Part shown: positions 39,801-48,333 of the stretch, in pieces | How positions within the stretch are numbered: the stretch's first letter is position 1 | Layout of the letters: the number at the start of each line of letters is the position of its first letter | IMG/VR virus record: IMGVR_UViG_3300032315_000979 | Span: 32,001 to 96,000 of that record | Length of the DNA: 64,000 nt | Source: a virus | Strand: one strand, 5' to 3' | Program-made: the position numbers and the translations under genes | The notes under the pieces: model-generated | The model's database searches: none | Told to the model about the DNA's origin: nothing | Seen by the model: the letters and a program-made list of their open reading frames with translations, nothing else

Positions 39801-40752
39801 GACTTCACTTAGTGATTCTACAAACATAACAAAAGCAGACTATGTTGTTTCACTCCAGTGTAACAAAGTTGTAATTCCTATCTCGTCTGTTCAAACAATT
39901 TCTGGGTCATTACAAAAGCTTTGGTCTCCACCAGATAATGCTTCATTAACAATTACTGAATTAACTGCCAATGTTACATCTTCAGATACATCAATGTATG
40001 TACTATCAACAGTGACAACGCAATTTCCACAGACTGGTTATTTAAAGATTAATAATGAAATTATTAAATACCTATCAAAGACAGCAACATCTTTTAACAA
40101 CCTTGAAAGAGGACAGTTCCAAACGGTTGCTGCAAATCATACCACTGGTAATAGAGTAAGAGAAACTAGATATTATGATGTAAAGTTTGACAAGTCTCCA
40201 GCGTACAATGTTAGATCACCATACATTGATGCAATATTGTTTGAATATCCAAGTTTGATAAACATAGATAGATTCCTATCGTATGCCTACGGAGCGGAAT
40301 TAATTGTTTCTGCAGCAAGCGGTAATGACATTCATTCGGTAGCCTTCCTTCAGGGAACAAACCCAATAACACAATATCCGTATGCTACAAGTATTGTTGG
40401 TACAGCTGTCGTTATGTCAGAACAGAATGCTCAGGTAAAAGAACAATCAGCATCAACAAGTGAAAGTATTAGAAAATACGGGGTTAAAGATTTAACTCTC
40501 CAAAGTCCACTCATCACAGACTCAGTGCATGCTCAAAAACTGGCTGATTTTATCATATCAAAAACACAACTTCCAGTACCTGTTATTAATATTGATATTG
40601 CAGCAATGCCCAAGATTCAATTAGGTGATAGAATTAGAATAACAACACTAAGCGCATTGGATATCACCAATAGTGATTTCTGGGTAATATCTCACAACCT
40701 AACAGTTGGAGATAATGTTACCCAAAGTTTAGTGTTGAGGAAGGTGTCCTAA
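36844..40752 (+). CDS. Tail hub / large minor tail protein with PA14-like and LamG-like domains
   Basis: PA14-like GLRARFW...FDGYY...GGVRIYLDD...LRIEFY. LamG-like FSHIAVTYDG..LKYFVNG...IDEFAMY. C-terminal SIRKYG...P.IQLGDRI. Confidence 0.75.
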   Translation: MLTSGMYGKELSSSFNTAITSPAQRIKPKIIIKWLDSRHVDNLVITTNDAPASNAYPGRGFFFPAKEAMNGIKRQSFTWAVAGAKDIDGNVIRADGSWYAMPSLTSSDISNTQLGSNLEFGWWSNSVSTANVHATYDGYQFATNPYVEATFTTRKVNKVRIVTSEFYGQISTYLLQVFDGSLNTLLSEVGTIPAGSYYQDHILSTALSSQNVSRIRVTVYTTVNPQDYARIQEIVPIYETDISDYVISYSVNRARDVHSTSLPVGGSEIASVDLNLDNTTKVFNIFSNSSTYGQYMVKDLEVEIYTGWRIKKPPSDNIDASYLTTTLQSNISNADMSFTVLDRSVLPAGGAGDSFIVVLDKDTQSEETILCASVNSSNVVTILERGYGNTIEKSHTAGCEVRFDIYEYVKNGTFYVDEWSSGTDMSVSANLQDWGKFLSERTINYGFFMQNAYVGDAIENLLMRANFPSADIVKLNNYRRGAKSRGAVASFSFNEESIDRSGNNIVSSTGLRARFWAMPTNKRDSSVKDIVADAIDKELSPLDKALGEKAFSSPSYTALSKSISSSSAYAVDLSNFSFTALDSAVYSEYYNGVFDGYYISPASGLEQLVVTISYGGVRIYLDDILVLNRFNLATVSTRYASQMINFKAGVPRKLRIEFYHSYNDAGAASFDISLYRAPDGGSDVLISASQCCTIVAMDSIGSKDASSNIANEDAFNHRNNGVYVNSPVLNQPSGLTSDPGDKSVLLQSNSYVRIPYCASSNLTSESQDPWSIEFFGKFHNGSFSSDGEYISNWGNANPTTGFEFFNNSSSNGFKIKCVLANSAVVTETVSSNTALSNSAFSHIAVTYDGLYLKYFVNGDLKDTEIIEGTPISWASSDITIGGRGASFTSGAEVSPATIRSLYIDEFAMYRKCLTDEQVEDRYVESSIQPLTEFAFLYGNENSIREIANDISFADMGRFYINEYDKAKYEHFYRFFEPSIDQHASVQTSLSDSTNITKADYVVSLQCNKVVIPISSVQTISGSLQKLWSPPDNASLTITELTANVTSSDTSMYVLSTVTTQFPQTGYLKINNEIIKYLSKTATSFNNLERGQFQTVAANHTTGNRVRETRYYDVKFDKSPAYNVRSPYIDAILFEYPSLINIDRFLSYAYGAELIVSAASGNDIHSVAFLQGTNPITQYPYATSIVGTAVVMSEQNAQVKEQSASTSESIRKYGVKDLTLQSPLITDSVHAQKLADFIISKTQLPVPVINIDIAAMPKIQLGDRIRITTLSALDITNSDFWVISHNLTVGDNVTQSLVLRKVS

Positions 40753-42326
40753 TGCCTAGTGAGAATACAATATACTTCTACCCTGGTCGTGGTGGGCACT
40801 CTCATGATGGGAATAATTCAAGCTTTATTGACACTTCGGTATATTCCTTATTTGATTTTTCTTGGGGCGAAGTCGGTGATCCAGACAGACGGGCTTCTCA
40901 GAGAATAAACTATAACGCATTTAGAGACTTCGTTATAACTACTGTCAATGGATCAATACTAGAGCCATCTGGACTTGTTCTTCAGCCAGGAATGGTGAAC
41001 GGATCTGCTCATATTATCTCAAGGTCAATTGAAGCTAATACTATTGCTGCAAATACATTAACTGCAAATGAGATTTCTGCAAATACAATTACATCAAATG
41101 AACTGGCTGCAAACTTTGTTCTTGTTAATACAATAATTGCAAGTAGTGATTTTAATGGAGCATTTAATCCAACTACATTTGCACTAAGTAACACTGGGAC
41201 AGATGGCTGGGCTATTACAAGTGCTGGTGATGCTGTATTTACTAATGGTCTTTTTAGAGGAAATCTTTTTGTTGGTGCTAACGATTATTGGTATTCAAAT
41301 GGAGATTTTGCTCTCGGTGGGAACACTGGTATTTATAGAAATGCGGGCGGGGGAATTACTCTTGGTGCTAATGTAACAATACTTGGTGGAGTGATAGCAT
41401 CGTCTGTTGCAACTCCAGGTATTGATATTGATTCTGCTGGAAATCTAACTGCTAATACATTTGCTCTTTATGGAAATGGCGCAATTGTCACATCAAGTGG
41501 TAATTTTGCGGTTGATATATATGGGAATCTTTATGCTGAGAGTGCAACTCTGCGTGGAGAAATATCAAGCGATACATTTGTTACTCATAATAGATTCGGT
41601 GTAGATGTAAACTATACAAGACCAACGGTTCTTATTGATAATGCAAATAATGAATTCTCTCTTAATTCCGCAGGAGGTGGTATAAGACTAGAAGCTGATC
41701 AATGGCTTGCTTATAGAAGCGGAGATAGTTTTTATAGAATGAATTTTAATTTTGATACAGCAAATTACTCCTTGCTTGGTCAATTCTATGTTGATGGTGG
41801 CATTACCGCTGCTGGAGAATTACAGGGCGATTATGTAAACATTACTGGAGATGGTGTATATTACAATGCAAGTAATCTAGCTTTTGCGCAAACGCAAGGT
41901 GTATTTCCAATTTCTTTTGCCTATAGGATTTCTGGTGGAAGATACTATCTTATAGCTAATAATGATACCAACACACTAGGAACAATAACCTGGACACCTT
42001 CTGATAGAAGAATTAAAGAAAATATATCACCAGTATCTAGCGACATTTTAAATAAATTTTATTCAATTAATGTATATGAATTTAATTGGAATGATAAAGC
42101 CCCCTCATTTTTAGACAGAAATCTTGTTAATGTCGGTGTTATAGCCGATGAATTGGTAACTATTGTTCCAGATGCCGTAGATGATTTTGGTTCAGACGGG
42201 GATGAACCTAATAGATGGGCAACTGTTGAATATGAAAAAATAGTTCCTTATGCAATTGCAGCAATCCAGGATTTAAATAGCAAAATACAGGCGTTAGAAG
42301 CAAGAATTGCTGAGTTGGAAGGGTAA
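40752..42326 (+). CDS. Tail fibre/spike with a C-terminal intramolecular chaperone (peptidase S74)
   Basis: I.ANTIT repeats. PSDRRIKENI...GVIADEL...V.YEKIVP..IAAIQDL coiled-coil end. Confidence 0.85.
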   Translation: MPSENTIYFYPGRGGHSHDGNNSSFIDTSVYSLFDFSWGEVGDPDRRASQRINYNAFRDFVITTVNGSILEPSGLVLQPGMVNGSAHIISRSIEANTIAANTLTANEISANTITSNELAANFVLVNTIIASSDFNGAFNPTTFALSNTGTDGWAITSAGDAVFTNGLFRGNLFVGANDYWYSNGDFALGGNTGIYRNAGGGITLGANVTILGGVIASSVATPGIDIDSAGNLTANTFALYGNGAIVTSSGNFAVDIYGNLYAESATLRGEISSDTFVTHNRFGVDVNYTRPTVLIDNANNEFSLNSAGGGIRLEADQWLAYRSGDSFYRMNFNFDTANYSLLGQFYVDGGITAAGELQGDYVNITGDGVYYNASNLAFAQTQGVFPISFAYRISGGRYYLIANNDTNTLGTITWTPSDRRIKENISPVSSDILNKFYSINVYEFNWNDKAPSFLDRNLVNVGVIADELVTIVPDAVDDFGSDGDEPNRWATVEYEKIVPYAIAAIQDLNSKIQALEARIAELEG

Positions 42327-42344
42327 ATAAGGTATAATAGATAA

Positions 42345-43013
42345 ATGGCTTACGAGAACTATTCACAAGTTTCATGGACTGATGGAACCCCGATTACTGG
42401 AGACAGACTCCAGCAGGTGTCTACAAACATCCAGCAGGTCAAAGAGGCTACTGATGACAGCCCGCAGGGTATTAAGAAGATTAAAACCATTACTAGCAAT
42501 AGTAACTCTTTTAATAACTTCTCAACATCAAATTTAATTGTTTCATTGGAAAATGAATCTGGAACTGGCGGTCCAGACAATAGAGTTACTATCTCAGCTA
42601 GTCGTTACTACAGAGTAACCATCTCATTCCCTGGTTTTGTTGTTGACGAAAAAGGAGCTGAGGATGCTAAGTATATTCTAAAGATTGCAAACGGAACTTT
42701 TGGAAGTGCAAATACAACTTTGTATAAAGCAATATTTACTCCACCAGTGTTTCTTTTTAGCAATGTTACAGCAGGTGCTAACTCTGCTACTGTTGCATTT
42801 AAGAATGCAGCATATGATACATTCTTTGGCGCTGGAACACATTCTGTTATTTTATCTAGCAATATTTCTGGGGCTAATTCTCAAACATATTTTGCAACTG
42901 TTGAAAGAGAGCAGGGTGCTTCAGCAACCAACTCTCCAGCCTTCTATGTACCAGCAGCATCTGCAAGCCATGTGTTGCAATTGTATGTTGAAGACATTGG
43001 TGGGATTGCATAA
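42345..43013 (+). CDS. Minor tail protein
   Basis: Y..VSW..GTPIT.D.LQQ...N N-terminus, C-terminal LYVEDIG. TATAAT (42333-38) lies 6 nt before the ATG. Confidence 0.6.
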   Translation: MAYENYSQVSWTDGTPITGDRLQQVSTNIQQVKEATDDSPQGIKKIKTITSNSNSFNNFSTSNLIVSLENESGTGGPDNRVTISASRYYRVTISFPGFVVDEKGAEDAKYILKIANGTFGSANTTLYKAIFTPPVFLFSNVTAGANSATVAFKNAAYDTFFGAGTHSVILSSNISGANSQTYFATVEREQGASATNSPAFYVPAASASHVLQLYVEDIGGIA

Positions 43014-43448
43014 TTGAGAGAAGTTAAGCTTGCTTCTAAGAGAGAAGATATTGATTGGACAATCAAGTTTGCCTCTGGAGAAGATAGCCCTAACTTTAGC
43101 GGTGGTAAGTATATTGATGATAAAGGTTATGTTAGAGTTTTAAAACCAGATCATCCTAAAAATATTCGTGGATATACATATGAGCATCGTCTTGTCATGG
43201 AGAAGTATCTAAACAGATACCTGCAGCCGTGGGAAACTGTTCATCATATTAATGAGGTTAAAGTAGATAATAGACTATCCAACTTGTTCCTCTGCACACC
43301 AGAAGAACATAGTGCGCTTCATAAGGAAGGAAACAAGATGTCTACTGAGCATAAAAAGAAGATGAGAGATAATGCTCATGCAACAAAACCTCATACTAAA
43401 AAGAAAAACGCTACTAAATCAATTCAAATAAAAAAAAGACTCCCGTAG
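43014..43448 (+). CDS. HNH endonuclease-family protein
   Basis: GY.YEHRLVME..L.R.L...E.VHHINE.K.DNRLSNL......EH...H. Confidence 0.85.
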   Translation: MREVKLASKREDIDWTIKFASGEDSPNFSGGKYIDDKGYVRVLKPDHPKNIRGYTYEHRLVMEKYLNRYLQPWETVHHINEVKVDNRLSNLFLCTPEEHSALHKEGNKMSTEHKKKMRDNAHATKPHTKKKNATKSIQIKKRLP

Positions 43449-43500
43449 CAACTTTCTGAATATCCTTATGATATGATTGACGAGAACCAAAGGAGTCCTT

Positions 43501-44667
43501 ATGAAAGTTTGTGCAACAGAAGGTTGCGATATCCAATTTGAACCAAAAACAGCTAATGCTAAATATGGTGATAAATCGTGCAGAAAGACCATTGATGTTA
43601 ATGGTCTTTGCAAGTATAGACGGGAGAATGGGTTGTTTGAAACACTTCCTGATCCTGAGACTGGACAAGTTCCAGTTACAGAAAGTGAGTTAAGACTTTC
43701 TTATAATAAGCTCTTGTCAGAGTACAACAAGGTCAAGACAAAGAGTGATGATTTAGCGGGTGCTCTATATAGAGCTGTTAAAGAAGATGTTGAGTCCGTT
43801 AAGTATGTGCCAGTGCCAAAGCCAAAGTTTGATAGAACAACAAAGGATGAGGAAGTTGCAGTAGCAATCATTGCTGACTGGCAGCTTGCCAAAATTACTC
43901 CAGACTACAACTCGCAGGTGTGTGAAGAAAGAATCTATAAGTTTGCTGAAAAGATTGTTCATCTCACTGAGATTCAAAGAAAAGATCACCCTGTGAAAGA
44001 AATTAGAATTTGGGCTCTTGGTGACATCATTGAGGGAGAGCTAATTTTTCCAGGTCAGTCATTCTTGATTGATGGTGGTTTGTATAGACAGATCACTGTT
44101 GATGGTCCAAGAATTATGAAAAACTTTATTAACATTCTTCTTGAGAACTTTGAGAAAGTAACATTCGTTGGCGTGATTGGTAATCATGGTTCAATTGGTG
44201 GTCGGGCAAGAAGAGATCATGATCCTGAAACAAATGGTGACAGGATGCTTTATCGCATTACACAATTGATGTTTGAAAAGGAGAAGAGAATTGAGTTCAA
44301 GATTCCTGATGGTCGTGGTGAGCGACATTGGTATGCCGTTGACAAGATTGGTAATTACAAGAGTTTGCTATGTCATGGCGATCAGTTTGGCAGTCTATCT
44401 ACTTTCTACTCTTTTCAGAAAAAAGCCTACGGATGGAAAATAGGTGCGGTTGAAGAAGCGTTTGATGATATCTATCTAGGACACTTCCATACTCCAACAA
44501 AGATGACATTCAATACTGTTCAGGTAAGAATTTCAGGAAGTCCTGAGTCTACAAATACATATGCTGCAGAAAGCCTTGCAGCTGTTGGTAGACCTTCACA
44601 GGCGCTGATGTTCGTACACCCAGGAAAGGGTATTGTAACAGCAGAATATAATTGCTGGCTGGACTAA
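43501..44667 (+). CDS. Calcineurin-like metallophosphoesterase with an N-terminal Zn-ribbon and coiled coil
   Basis: Motifs DWQ, LGDIIEG, GNHG, HGD, GHFH. ATG 43501 has SD AAGGAG (the ORF track starts at 43477). TGaTATGAT at 43469. Confidence 0.8.
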   Translation: MKVCATEGCDIQFEPKTANAKYGDKSCRKTIDVNGLCKYRRENGLFETLPDPETGQVPVTESELRLSYNKLLSEYNKVKTKSDDLAGALYRAVKEDVESVKYVPVPKPKFDRTTKDEEVAVAIIADWQLAKITPDYNSQVCEERIYKFAEKIVHLTEIQRKDHPVKEIRIWALGDIIEGELIFPGQSFLIDGGLYRQITVDGPRIMKNFINILLENFEKVTFVGVIGNHGSIGGRARRDHDPETNGDRMLYRITQLMFEKEKRIEFKIPDGRGERHWYAVDKIGNYKSLLCHGDQFGSLSTFYSFQKKAYGWKIGAVEEAFDDIYLGHFHTPTKMTFNTVQVRISGSPESTNTYAAESLAAVGRPSQALMFVHPGKGIVTAEYNCWLD

Positions 44668-44668
44668 T

Positions 44669-44887
44669 ATGACAAAAGCAACTGGCATCTATTGCAGAAA
44701 TTGCACTGGAAGAATGTTTACTGGTCAGCAATACTATGCATTTCAAAAAAACTATATTGACCTTACATGTATTCGGTGCTCTGTATCTGTTGATGTTGAG
44801 GTCAAGAAGTTGAATAAGATTTTATCGTACCTTGGATTTAAGACAGTAGAGGCGAGACATGATCTCAAAGAAGCCAATAACAAATAA
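44669..44887 (+). CDS. Small Zn-ribbon protein
   Basis: CRNCTGRMF...LTCIRCS. Confidence 0.65.
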   Translation: MTKATGIYCRNCTGRMFTGQQYYAFQKNYIDLTCIRCSVSVDVEVKKLNKILSYLGFKTVEARHDLKEANNK

Positions 44888-45293
44888 ATTTTACAAGTAC
44901 GCTGGTAATATTGTAAAGATTAAAAAAATTTCCAAAGGGAAAAATAAGATTTACATTGAACAGCTTGATAGTAAAAATATTATTGATATTCCATACGAGC
45001 AGTCTGAAATTTTAATTACTAGACTGTATACTGTTGGAGAAGTTGCTAAGATTGTTGAGCGTAGACCCGACACTCTTAGGAAATATGAAAGAAAAAACTT
45101 AATTCCATCAGCAAGTAAATTTGGAGATGAATACAGTGGATATTCAAGCTGGAGATACTATGATGAAAGCGAAGTATATGAAATGATTGAATTTTTCAAT
45201 CAAAGAACACAAGGTCGCCCCATTGTGCAATCAGGCAGTGGGGTTGGTAATGCAATAAAATTATTGGAACAAAAAGTTAAACTTCATAAGTGA
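44859..45293 (+). CDS. MerR-like HTH DNA-binding protein
   Basis: YTVGEVAKIVERRPDTLRKYERKNLIP....WRYY. Confidence 0.8.
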   Translation: MISKKPITNKFYKYAGNIVKIKKISKGKNKIYIEQLDSKNIIDIPYEQSEILITRLYTVGEVAKIVERRPDTLRKYERKNLIPSASKFGDEYSGYSSWRYYDESEVYEMIEFFNQRTQGRPIVQSGSGVGNAIKLLEQKVKLHK

Positions 45294-45300
45294 GGAATAT

Positions 45301-45513
45301 ATGACAACATCAAAAGAAAAGACAACAGAAATTTGGGCTTCATTAGGAATTACCAAGAATCTTGGTAACTATGAGTCACTTAGGCTAGATGCTGGCGCAA
45401 GAGTTCAGGCATCTGATGCAGATGACCCTGAGGCATGGGCAAAAGTTTGGGCATCAATTGATTCTCAGATTGAAGCTAAGTTGCAAGAGCTAGACAATGA
45501 AAGTCCAAAGTGA
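45301..45513 (+). CDS. Conserved phage hypothetical protein
   Basis: LGITKNLGNYESLRLD motif. SD GAGG. Confidence 0.65.
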   Translation: MTTSKEKTTEIWASLGITKNLGNYESLRLDAGARVQASDADDPEAWAKVWASIDSQIEAKLQELDNESPK

Positions 45514-45796
45514 TTGGATAGAGCAAGCTGTATGTGCAAAAGATAAACGATCAATTGCTTGGCTATCCTATGACATTAAAGACATAGAATACGCCAAGCA
45601 AGGTTGTTCTTTATGCAAAGTCAGAAAAGAATGCTTTGTAAATGCATGGCAGAATAATCCGTATGTCGGTGTAAATGCTGGTATATCAGAGTATGATTTC
45701 CTAATTCTTACATGGAAGGAGGCGAATAAGCCTAATGGAAGCAACTGGTCAAGAACTAATAAACTTCTTCAAGGAATCTTGCAAAAAATCAAATAA
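45497..45796 (+). CDS. whiB: WhiB-family (4Fe-4S) transcription factor, divergent
   Basis: DW...AVC...AK..C..C.VRKEC...A.....GVNAG.SE. Confidence 0.75.
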   Translation: MKVQSDWIEQAVCAKDKRSIAWLSYDIKDIEYAKQGCSLCKVRKECFVNAWQNNPYVGVNAGISEYDFLILTWKEANKPNGSNWSRTNKLLQGILQKIK

Positions 45797-46040
45797 GCTA
45801 TTCATTCCAGATTCTCCAAGACAAGAATCTGTTGCGGATGCAATTGCTGATTTTTATAAAAGACAGGAGTTGTTTGATGCGATACAATTGTTCGTCAAGT
45901 CAAATAGCGGACCTTTTTTGATATTTGATTTTGCTGTTGAGTCAAGATCATATGTTGATCGGGTTAAATTTGAGAACAAGTCAACTGATAAGTTTAAAAA
46001 CATCGTAGAAGAAACAAGGAAGAGAATGGTCTCTGAATGA
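45735..46040 (+). CDS. Hypothetical protein (possible helicase accessory)
   Basis: Directly precedes the helicase with an ATGA overlap. Confidence 0.55.
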   Translation: MEATGQELINFFKESCKKSNKLFIPDSPRQESVADAIADFYKRQELFDAIQLFVKSNSGPFLIFDFAVESRSYVDRVKFENKSTDKFKNIVEETRKRMVSE

Positions 46041-47254
46041 ATTACGAAACAAGATTGCTCAACTCAATTGTTGAAAGCAATGGGTATGTAGAAGCTGTTA
46101 ACCAAGGTGTAGAAAATGTCTTTGTAGAGAATAGAGATATTTGGAACTTCATTGTTTCTCACTATGACGAGCATAAGAAAGTTCCATCAAAGGATACGAT
46201 TAAGCATCACTACGCTGATTTTGATTTTGTACTCACTCCAGAGCCTCTTAAATACTATGTTGATGAAGCAAGGCGGGAATCGCTTTCGTATCAGACTAGA
46301 TCAATTGTTTCTAAAGCTCATGCAATTCTTGGGGATCTTGGTCCAAAGGAATCACTTTCATACTTGATGGAGGAGACTTCAAGGCTTTACAAGTTCTCCA
46401 GTAGCCTTAAAGATACTGACTTGGCTGGTGAGTGGAGAGATAGAGCGCAGAGTCTAAAGGAAAGGTCGTTGCGAGATAACAACGAGCTTCAAGGAGTACC
46501 TAGCGGTATCAATGTTATTGATAAGACATTCGGCGGTTGGCAACCAGGAGACTTCGTTGTTTTGCTTGGTTGGACTGGTGTTGGTAAATCATTCATTGCA
46601 CGATTGTTTGCGGTAAATGCATGGAGAGCTGGCTACAGACCTCTCATTATTTCTCTTGAAATGAACAAGATGCAAGAGGGTCAGCGACTTGATACTTTAC
46701 TTAACAATGGAGAGGGTAACTTTACTAATACAGACCTTGTAAGGGCAAACCCTGCCGTTGTAGATAAGTATGAGAAGTGGGCAGAGGAAATGTTTGAGGG
46801 TAAGCATGCAATCCATCTTGTAACATCAGAAGGTCTTGAGACAGCAGATCAGAACATGGTGCAGGCAAAGATTGATCAATACCATCCCGATCTAGTTATT
46901 CTTGATTACCACGGTCTGTTTGATGACTCCAGTGGTGCTAAAACAGAAACTGAAAAGGCTAAGAACCTTTCTAAAGCTTTTAAGCGAATGGCGGTCAAGA
47001 ACAATGTTCCGATCATAGATGTTGCTGCAGTAACCATGTCAGAGGGTCACTCAGAGCGACCACCAGAGCTTGAGGAAGTCGCATGGAGTAAGCAGTTAGC
47101 TTATGATGCCGACCTCGTTCTTGCAATTCACAGAGAACCATCGTCAGATGTGTTTCAAGTTGTTTCACGAAAGGTTAGAAGAGCACATCACTTTGGCTTC
47201 TACCTTAGATGGAATCTAGAGACTGGTAAGTGGGCAGAAGAATGGGACATCTAA
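46037..47254 (+). CDS. dnaB: DnaB-like replicative helicase
   Basis: Walker A GWTGVGKS, ISLEM, VILDY, LAYDADLVL. Confidence 0.9.
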   Translation: MNYETRLLNSIVESNGYVEAVNQGVENVFVENRDIWNFIVSHYDEHKKVPSKDTIKHHYADFDFVLTPEPLKYYVDEARRESLSYQTRSIVSKAHAILGDLGPKESLSYLMEETSRLYKFSSSLKDTDLAGEWRDRAQSLKERSLRDNNELQGVPSGINVIDKTFGGWQPGDFVVLLGWTGVGKSFIARLFAVNAWRAGYRPLIISLEMNKMQEGQRLDTLLNNGEGNFTNTDLVRANPAVVDKYEKWAEEMFEGKHAIHLVTSEGLETADQNMVQAKIDQYHPDLVILDYHGLFDDSSGAKTETEKAKNLSKAFKRMAVKNNVPIIDVAAVTMSEGHSERPPELEEVAWSKQLAYDADLVLAIHREPSSDVFQVVSRKVRRAHHFGFYLRWNLETGKWAEEWDI

Positions 47255-47442
47255 TGCAGGAGGGAATGTTGGTTGGAACAGCTAAGGATATAGAAACAAT
47301 TGCTAAACTCAGACCCTGGATGGAAGACGAAGCGAGGGAAAAATATGGTTACAAGGGCAAGTCAAGACTTGTTACGGAATATCATGAGAAATCCGAAATA
47401 TTCTCATTCGCAATCATTTTTGACGATGAATCTAGAGATTGA
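47254..47442 (+). CDS. Hypothetical protein
   Basis: ATG 47254 overlaps the helicase stop (TAATG). MQEGMLVGTAKDIETIAKLRPWMEDE. Confidence 0.55.
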   Translation: MQEGMLVGTAKDIETIAKLRPWMEDEAREKYGYKGKSRLVTEYHEKSEIFSFAIIFDDESRD

Positions 47443-48325
47443 AGTAAAGGAACTTTTCAGTAAGTATGGAATTCAAATCCATGCTGAGTCTGGTAATGAA
47501 GTTACTATCTATTGCCCGTTCCATAAGAACAGGAACACGCCATCTTTCTATCTGAATAAAAAAACTGGGCTATGGCAGTGTTTCAATCCATCTTGTGGAG
47601 AAAAGGGTAATTTTAAGAAGCTGTATCGTCAGATAACTGGTAAGTCATATGGTCGGCAAACTGTATTAGACCCAACCGCTTTGAAGAACGAGTTAGATCG
47701 TGCGCTCAGACCACCAGTTGCAGAGCAAGAGCTTAGTCTTGATAATGTAATCATTGACTACGAAGATGGTAGCAAAACATCAAAACTGACTCCGTTTATT
47801 GAAAGGGGTCTGTCATTAGATACTCTTGAGCATTTTGAGATTGGGTTTTCTGAAAACAAGAATCGTATTGTAGTGCCAGTCCGTAACCCTCAATATAAGC
47901 TAGTTGGGTTGATTGGTCGTGCAATAGAGTCAGAGCAGGAACCCCGATATCTGTATAACACTGGCTTTAAGAGAGCCCTTGTTCTGTTCAATATTCAGAA
48001 TGCGAAGCATCACCCTGATGTTATAATAGTAGAAGGGAGTGTTGATGCGATGAAAGTCCACGAAGCTGGATTTCCAAATGTCGTAGCAACACTCGGAGCG
48101 CAGGTGTCCGCACAGCAAGTATCTATGTTAAAGAAATACTTTGACAAAATTATTATCTTTTCTGATAACGATGAAGCTGGTAATGCGATGCGAGATGCTA
48201 TAATTAATTCTTGCTGTGGTAAAGAACTGTACACAGCGAGCATTTCTGATGGGTTGAAAGATCCAGGGGAAATGTCAGTAAAACAAATACAAGACAGTAT
48301 CAATAACAAACAAATAATCATATAG
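47426..48325 (+). CDS. dnaG: DNA primase (CHC2 Zn finger + TOPRIM)
   Basis: CPFH..R.TPSF...W.CF...C, IVEGSVDA, FSDNDEAG, KDPGE. Likely start is ATG 47426. Confidence 0.9.
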   Translation: MNLEIEVKELFSKYGIQIHAESGNEVTIYCPFHKNRNTPSFYLNKKTGLWQCFNPSCGEKGNFKKLYRQITGKSYGRQTVLDPTALKNELDRALRPPVAEQELSLDNVIIDYEDGSKTSKLTPFIERGLSLDTLEHFEIGFSENKNRIVVPVRNPQYKLVGLIGRAIESEQEPRYLYNTGFKRALVLFNIQNAKHHPDVIIVEGSVDAMKVHEAGFPNVVATLGAQVSAQQVSMLKKYFDKIIIFSDNDEAGNAMRDAIINSCCGKELYTASISDGLKDPGEMSVKQIQDSINNKQIII

Positions 48326-48333
48326 GAGACATT

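Noticed and set aside
47300-47425. Long N-terminal extension of primase, or a frameshifted split primase
   Set aside because: The extension overlaps the coupled small ORF 47254-47442. ATG 47426 gives a complete Zn finger plus TOPRIM primase.
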